A stretch of DNA of 63,847 bases, the filler included. It is 11 parts of 11 records of this genome, joined end to end, with 100 filler letters (N's around TTAATTAATTAA, not from the genome) between each part and the next. Parts side by side here need not be neighbours in the genome. Positions count along the whole stretch, not along the records: positions 53,653 to 60,724 come from SRR7504441_927; positions 60,825 to 63,847 come from SRR7504441_1428; 9 more parts are not named here. One strand, given 5' to 3'. Shown here in pieces: positions 56,801-63,847 of the stretch; the first letter of the stretch is position 1, and the number at the start of each line of letters is the position of its first letter. The notes beneath the pieces were generated by a model. The model did not search any database. It was given only the letters and a program-made list of their open reading frames with translations, and was not told where the DNA came from. The position numbers were made by a program, and so were the translations under genes.

Positions 56801-59800
56801 GCACTGGCAGCCCGGCGGCCCTGGCAAATGGCGAGGACCCGGGCAGAGTGTCCTCAATATCCATTGGCTGGGGCGCTGGCTGCTCGGCCTTGCTGAACAT
56901 GGAGGTGATGGACCGCTGCTTGCGCTTGTCTTGCTTCTCGCGGACCGACCGCTGAAGCCACTCTGGGCAGATAGACCTCGGCACTGGGTTGGGCACCGAC
57001 TGTATGGCAGCTGGGATGGAGATGATCTTCTGGATCGTGCCATCGAGCCGGGAGATGTAGTAATCCCAGTCTAGCAGCAGCCTGATATCGAAATCGCTCC
57101 GTGACGAGTCTTTGGTCCACCTACGGATGAAGTGCTTTTGCACCAGAGGCTCTGCTGCAAATATAGCCACTGGGATAGCGCGGTTTGACACCGGCTCGCC
57201 CTGCGGGTATTTGGAGATGATGTACGAACAATTCAGCCCGGCGTCTTTGACCATATCGTCCCCGAGGAACTCCTTGAGCCTCTGGGCCGATGTGACGGAG
57301 GTTGATTTGGCCTCACCCATGTCCTGAAGCGACTTACTCATCGTCTTGTTCTCAGTGATCAACTCCATCAGTTCCTCGTCCTCCTGCTCAGCGCCCTGAC
57401 TGTACAGAATGTCCAGCCAGCGGTTGGCCACCGATGCCACGGCGTCGTAACACTCAACCAGCGTGTCACCCTCGAGGAACTTATCAAACACTTGCTCCTG
57501 GAAGAATTTGATGATCTGGAGCTCGCCGCGTCGCTTGAGCTCGAAACCTTTCAGCTCAGCCAGGCTGCCGTCCTCATTGAACACAGCGTACCGCTTTTTG
57601 AGCAGCTTGCCTTCCTCACGGGCTGCGGGCAGGATCATCGCACGATATGGGCCGTCGACCTCGAAAAAGATCGAGCACTCGCTGTTGGCTTGGTACTGCT
57701 CAGTCTGCTTGTCCCTATCGCCGGCTTTGTCCAAAGCAAAGTCGACTTTCTCGCCTGCTTGGTTATACGCTGTCAGGTATTGGTGGTTGGTGAACGAGGA
57801 ATGCACATCCGCGTTGAGCATCACACACGGGTACGAGATGGTATACTTCTTCTTCTTGCCTTCAGGCACGTCGAATGTGAACTCCTCTGGGAAGCTCGAG
57901 GGCAGAATGCACCAGATCCCGTCAGTGTCCAGCTCCAGCGGCCGGCCGAGCCGCTCGACTAGCTCTCTGGCCTGTTTGATGATGTTTGCTCCGGTGTGGG
58001 TCACGATCCCTCCCATCTCCATTGAGTACCACCGGGACCCGCGACGCATCACGTACCCGTAGAAGCTGTTCAGAATGCACTTGTGCGCCAGCTGGAGGGA
58101 GTCATACAGCACCACCATGTTCTCGGCCTCCTTGACCGCCGCCAGGTCGTCGCCCTTTTGCACGTCGGAGAGTGTTCTCTTCCACTTGCCCGCGAGCCCC
58201 TTGTACACATACCTACGGTCCCTAAACGCCTGGACTGTGTCCACATAGAACGGGTTCTCCCGCTGGCAGACAATGTCCTCCCGCACCTCGGTCTTGGTCA
58301 CGTGAACTTTCTTGTATGCCCGCTGGGACACCGCCTTCATCCGCTTTTTGATCATCTGGGCCTGCTGCTCCTCAGTCATCTGGTAGAACCTGATAGTCTC
58401 TCCTGGCCTGCCTGGGATCGGGATCTGCTCAGACTCGAGCTGCATCTTCACTTGGTTGTACTCGGACCGACCCGCTGGGAAGTACTCACCGCGCCACTGC
58501 CATTCCATCTTGCGCTGGCAAGAGTCAGCCCCGGTTGCGTGCACGCCCGGGTTGAAACTGCACGCTGAGCAGGTGGCGGGCGAGACCATCGCGGGCGGCT
58601 GCAGCCTGTTGGTCAGAATGATATTCGGGTACATGGCCGACACGTCCAAGTGGTAAATCAGCGGATGCTCCTCGCGGTTCGGGTTGTCGCGGAGCTCTTC
58701 GAGCTGCTGCACGATCTGCTGCTTGACCTGATCAAAGTTGCTCACCTGCTCGAGCTTCAGCCCTCCTTCGACGGTGAGTGCGAACTTGAGGTCTCGGTCC
58801 AGCTTGTCCACAAGCGTCTGGCAGGCCTCCGGGTCCAGCCGGAACTTATAGTTGAGGTCTGACCTGAAGACACCGCACTCGAGCGCCTCGACATGCCCTC
58901 CGATGTAGGTCTCCGAGTCGAGCAAGTGGCTCTTGTACAGCTTGAGCGGGTCCTGGCTCTGCTTGTTCGGGTAGATCACATTCACGTTTGTGGCCTCCAC
59001 CATCAGCAGTGCCTCGCACAGCCCGCCAGTCCCCTTTCGCAGCACCTCGTCTGGAGTCATCGGGATGATTGTGGCCAGAGAGAAGATGAACGGGTTCACA
59101 TACTTCATGTACAGATAGTAGGTGGCCACCGCGTCCGAAACAGAGTAGGACGCCAGGACCTGCGCCGGCTCAACGGGCGCGGCGACGGCCCGGGTCACCT
59201 GAGGGTCTTCCTTTGCGAGAGGGGTCATCCTCTCTGGGTCGAGTTCGACTGGATCGTACCCGAGCTTGGCCTTGGTCACGGCCTTCAGCCCGTGGCTCCC
59301 GTGCGGCAGGTAGCTGTCGCGCTTCACCCAGTGCATGCAGTCCAGATTGGCCGCAAAACTGCCCCGCGCTAGGCTCCGGAGCCGGCCGGGGCGCGCACCG
59401 ACACTCAAAGCTGCCATCACGGGCCACACTCACGCCAATCTCCTTGTCCATGTATATCCCGTGCGCCCGGGCCCGGTTCTCAACGTACGGCCAGTCAAAC
59501 CCGTCTCCGTTATACGTGGCGTACACATTCGGCCTGCCCAAGCTCAGCCGCCGCCGGCACAGGCGTCGCACCGGTGGCTCTTTATCTCGTCGAAAAAGCG
59601 GCGAAGGAGCGCCTTCTCATCTGGCTCGTTGAAGATGTGGAACTCGCCAGGGAACTGGGGGAGCGGGGTGTACTCAAAGTCGTCAATGTCTGCTGAGACC
59701 ACTTGCCTGTTCACAATCAGGTACCCTCGCCGGTCCATCATATACGAGATCATCATCACAGGATCCACCTGCCACCCCGCTCGCCCGGCCCGCTCCCCGC

Positions 59801-60724
59801 CGGCATACCCGGGCGTCCGGGAATTTGAGCGCCATCTTGACGCACTCAATGTCCCACGCGCACACTCGCAGCTCAGGCCGCGCCTCCAGCTCTTTGTACC
59901 GCTCCACTGTCACCTGCCGACGGCTCACTCAGCCGGCCGGGTGCGGCTCGCCTGATTCTCGGCGGTGTAGACGTTGTACCACAGTCCGCACCGAATCCCA
60001 GTGTCGATCGAGACCCTCATATGGTACGGCACGTCAAACTCGCGCGCATCGACTATATGCTCTTCAAAGCTCTGCACCTGGCGGCCCGAGCCGCCCAGCA
60101 GCCCGCGCTGGTTCGTCGCGCTCTCCTTGTGCTGCTTGTTCGCCCGGACCAGAGCGAGTACCTCCTTCTTCACGTCCATCAGTTCCTGCTGACCCGCTCA
60201 GCCGGTGGTCGGGGCGCTCGATGCCTGGATTGTATTGAACGAGAGCTTGATGTACACTCGCTGGAGCCCGGCCAGGTGATTCGGCTGGTCCAGGTCCTCC
60301 TTGGCCACCCGCTCGATCGCGCAGAACTGGCCTGTACCCGCGCTCAGTGAGCCTGACAGTTAGCACACCTTCAAATTTGCGCCGAAGCCATTGCTCAGAC
60401 TCGGCATGAGACCCCGCCCGCACCTGCGCGGACTCAGGCGGCCCTATCGAGCCCGCTACCCCGACGTAGAAGTACGGGTTGTACGGCACGGTGGCTTTGA
60501 ACGTGCCGCCGTCCTGCTCTGTCGTGTGAGCCAGCACCCAGCGGGCGGCCAATGCCTGCTCATAGAAGTACAAGTCGACACACGACTTGGTCACCCCATC
60601 CCGCGCATCCTCCACCGTCCCCTGCGCCGGCCCGCTCCGGCCAGCCCACCAGCCGGCCGCGCACCGTCTTCATCGTGAGAAGCCACCCGAGCCGCGGTGT
60701 GGCCCCCTCGTGAAGCTCATACCC
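53862..60724 (-). CDS. POLE: DNA polymerase epsilon catalytic subunit A (5' end cut by contig edge), 11 visible exons
   Basis: RLGWL, DIE..K..LKFPD (ExoI), [55 protein letters not shown], and C-terminal CysA/CysB. Ten introns: 60664-60622, 60555-60514, 60459-60424, 60368-60332, 60224-60186, 59951-59914, 59808-59769, 59571-59534, 59398-59359, 59198-59160. Confidence 0.97.
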
Positions 60725-60824
60725 NNNNNNNNNNNNNNNNNNNNNNNNNNNNNNNNNNNNNNNNNNNNTTAATTAATTAANNNNNNNNNNNNNNNNNNNN
60801 NNNNNNNNNNNNNNNNNNNNNNNN
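60725..60824. other. Artificial contig spacer
   Basis: N-TTAATTAATTAA-N linker. Confidence 0.98.
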
Positions 60825-60986
60825 TCGGGGCCCTAGGGCTCACATAACCTATATAATTTGTTCTTCCAAATTTTCAGAATTGCGAGCTTTGACCTGACCC
60901 GCTCGTATTTACAAGTACAATTTAATCATTTGATTATATTTTATAGTATGCGCCCTCTGCAGATCCCTCTGCTCCTTATGAGATAT

Positions 60987-63812
60987 TTACACTCCCAAGT
61001 TGCTCGACGAAGAAGCATGCAACTTTCCTTCGAGCCGGTCCACTAAGTGAGCAATCCGCTGCTTGATGGCGTCGTTTTCATCATCCAAGTAGCGCTTCTC
61101 CGTCCGTAGCGATTGCGAGACGGTGTTAAATGACTGACTGCTCGTATCGCCCATCTCAACTGGCTTACTTGTAAGGCGGAAATCAGTCTCTGTAGCGATC
61201 ACGTGCTTTCTCCCAGCCGGAAATGCTTCAACGGGATCTACATAGTTACCACCGCGCTTCTCTGCCTGAGAAACAAGCTGAAGGCTTGCTTGTAAGATCT
61301 CACATTCCTACAAACAAAATGAGGTTTGGTGATGGGAGGCTTGACTGATATAAACATTGCTTGGCAACCAGGCTGAACTGTCACCTGAGACTTGACAGAG
61401 GCATGCTGGTGTAACTGCTGGTTTCTTAATGTCAGATCTTGTAACCTCTCGTGCAGCTTGGCCATCTAGAAGATAGTTAAGGACGTATGCCATCTAGAGA
61501 GGACCTCTGTGGATTGGTTGAGATATGAGTGTTCTATAGGTTTGGTTGTCTCGATTCTGGAAGCAGTTCGTCATTGAGACATAAAAAGTGGTGCAAGGAA
61601 AGCATGCACCTTGCAAATGCATGTGCCTGTCTCAGATAATCAACAGAATTTGTGACTTCTGCCAGTTGACGCTCTAGAAGCATCCTTTCACGCCTATGTA
61701 ATCAAATTACTGTGAGCACTGAATATGCGGAGTACCTTTCATGCTCTAACCGCTGGTGGCTCTGCTCCACCAAGTGCTTATCCCTGCAGCATGCATGAAA
61801 TGGAATACTTATTTGGCAGGGACCGCTTCTCTAGTTGGGAGCTCTGCTCATCCTGATAGGCTATGTGGGACTGCAGCTGGTTGAGCAGCTGTAAGCTGTC
61901 ATTCACCACCTGCGCAGCATATCCTCTCATGAGGCTGAGTGCGCTCGGAGGTGGACACCTTGTGGGCTAACTCTTTTTCTTCCGCAAGAATCTGCAGCTC
62001 ATGGGCGCGCTGATCACATTGAACCTGCATATCTTTTTGCAGTTTGTCCGACAGCTCGACCTGAATGCAGGAGATTGGGGTATATGCATCATTAGCGTTA
62101 GTTACTGACCATGCGGTCCTTTTCTTCTGCCATGTTGTGTAAGTGGTCCCTGTGCTGTGTACTTACTTTCAACTCTTGCTCGAGCTTGTAAATTTGGTCC
62201 TGTCATGCACTTTTTCAGCTCCTTTTGCAATGATTATATGGATTGTTAGAGCAATCAGCTCAAATCGTCAGGGTCCAGGTATCTTTCTCACCTTAAGCTC
62301 CGCGACCTCATCAGCACGCTGAGCCTCAATTGTGGCAATCTCTTCCTGCTTACTTGTCATGATTGATGATACTTGCGTTGTGGTGGCATTCAGCTGCTCA
62401 ATGACTTTGTTGTTGTGCTCCTGCAAGGAGCACCGAATCAAATTAGCATGCTGCAAATGTCTGAAGGGAGAAGTGAGCAGCATTGCTTAAACAGATACAA
62501 GGTCTTAATCATTGACTAGAAATTTACCTGGATTGTATCGGCCACTTCCTTCAGTTTTGCAACCTGACATACCGTCAGGCTCGACTAGAGCTACGGCTAG
62601 GCTGTGTGGCTTGAATGCAGTAATCATAGTAAATGCGCTCAATTTGACCTGCTTATCCCGTTCTCTTAGGATGTTTTCTGACTTTTCGAGGGCATCTGTG
62701 GTTTCCTTTAGCCTAGTCCACGCCAAGTCAGTCGTCTGACTGTAGAGCCATGGAAGCCCACTTCTGACTCAGGCACATGAGTCACCTTCGAGACAGCTCC
62801 TCCAGTTCTGAATCGAGTTGAGGCTTGGTTTCCAGCTCCATCTCCATTTTTTGCATCAACGTTGAACGCAACTCATTGCGCATCTCATCATAAGCCACTT
62901 GAAGCTTCATCAGTTCATCCTTTGTCGCAGCTTCCCCTGAAACGACCAAATCGCCACAGCCCATGCAATACTATCACATTAGTGCACAGCAAGTAGCTGT
63001 GACACGTCTGTTACGTACCAGACCAACAAGCAAGCTCAAATAATTGCGGCAACGGACCTGATTGCATCTCAGTCACAATCTCAGTTGCCTGTACACGCCA
63101 GTCAGACTCGTGTCGGACAGAAAGCCACGATATCCAGTTCAGTGTGGGCAGTGTGACCTTCTGCAGAGCTTTTGAAAGAGATTGATTCTCTACTGTCAGC
63201 TCGAGGAGCTCCGCTGCCGTCTGCTGAGTTCGCACCGCTTCCTTCAGCTCTGATTCCTCCATAGCCTTCCAGGCCCAACCAATCAGCATCAACTGGGCTC
63301 ACTTGGACTCACCCGGATGCACTGTGACAGTCGCTCCTGCTCCGCAACAGCGTCTTGCAGTTGCCTGAGCAGCACGTCGGTCCAGCCGCCGGGAGCAGAT
63401 CACCTTTGGAGCCCCTCCGCCTCCGACCGGTCCTGTCGCGCCAGTGCCTGCCCACGCCAACCGTCATGCGCTCACAGCGCGGTCGACCTGCTCGAGCTGG
63501 GCGATGGCCGACTTGTCCAGCTCCGATTGGCGGGCGGCAGCCTCCAGCCTGTCCGGCCCAGTCACCTGAACGAGGCCTGGAGCAAATCACTCGGCAGCCT
63601 GCGTGTCCAGGTCGCGGGCCTGCTCCTGGATGATCTGGCTGAGCTTCACTGTATATTTGCGGGCCTGGCCGCCGAAGCTCGGCGGGGTCAGAGGTGCCGG
63701 GAGTCACCACGTCCAGCTGGAGCACTAAATCCTCGATCCTTTTGGGCTCGGCGGCCAGCTCAGCGGCTGGCCCGAGCGGCCGAGGCTCGGGGGACAGGCA
63801 GGGCGGCGTCAT
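60987..63812 (-). CDS. Intron-rich coiled-coil protein (exon structure only partly traced)
   Basis: Series of short E/Q/K/L-rich exons (e.g. LEAAARQSELDKSAIAQLEQ, ELMKLQVAYDEMRNELR, LRTEKRYLDDENDAIKQR) separated by GT...CAG introns. Confidence 0.6.
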
Positions 63813-63847
63813 AACGCTGGCAGCCGCGGCAGCATGTCCATCCTCAA

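Noticed and set aside
57670-57775. About 17-aa insertion in the POLE polymerase domain as a hidden intron or mini-intein
   Set aside because: The GC/GT-AG pairs I tried do not keep the frame and there are no intein terminal residues; probably a surface loop.
4311-60824. Ten identical TTAATTAATTAA palindromes within N runs, resembling a regular repeat array
   Set aside because: Fixed 100-nt artificial contig linkers; gene neighbourhoods across them carry no biological meaning.
1-63847. Fragmented ORFs suggesting pseudogenes, frameshifting or an alternative genetic code
   Set aside because: Nearly all breaks in recognisable genes resolve as short GT/GC-AG introns under the standard code.
1-63847. 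Introner/transposon origin of the tiny introns
   Set aside because: The introns share length and terminal motifs but no body similarity or terminal inverted repeats; flanking repeats such as GTAGC at 33215/33175 are explainable as proto-splice sites.
1-63847. rRNA, tRNA, transposase or viral genes
   Set aside because: None recognisable by eye; small ncRNAs cannot be excluded without covariance-model searches.

Overview
This is not a contiguous locus and not prokaryotic. It is 11 contigs of a GC-rich, gene-dense microbial eukaryote (lineage not assignable by eye), joined by ten artificial 100-nt spacers (44 N + TTAATTAATTAA + 44 N). Genes are split by very short spliceosomal introns, mostly 35-55 nt. 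An unusually large share use GC donors, and a TGAG/CTCAC-type branch-site candidate recurs. Genes are often arranged head-to-head with only 54-190 nt between start codons. Hand-splicing recovers DNA polymerase epsilon catalytic subunit, SART1/Snu66, prolidase, a DapA-family enzyme with a mitochondrial-type presequence, an OGFOD2-like 2OG-Fe(II) oxygenase missed by the ORF track, a calpain, a CocE/NonD hydrolase, an MGAT4-like glycosyltransferase, two Sfi1-repeat proteins, a Vps53-like protein and several hypotheticals. The best candidate for a new system is a single-pass receptor with FG-GAP (integrin-alpha-like) beta-propellers outside and a TIR/HET-like domain with the WCxxE glutamate inside; it appears only after removing two tiny introns. 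Other notable architectures are DUF6697-like+PWWP, Sfi1+PX+EF-hand, EF-hand+Vps53, secreted CIA30+MsrB-like, and a sulfatase lacking its catalytic core. All domain calls are by-eye motif recognition; no searches were run.
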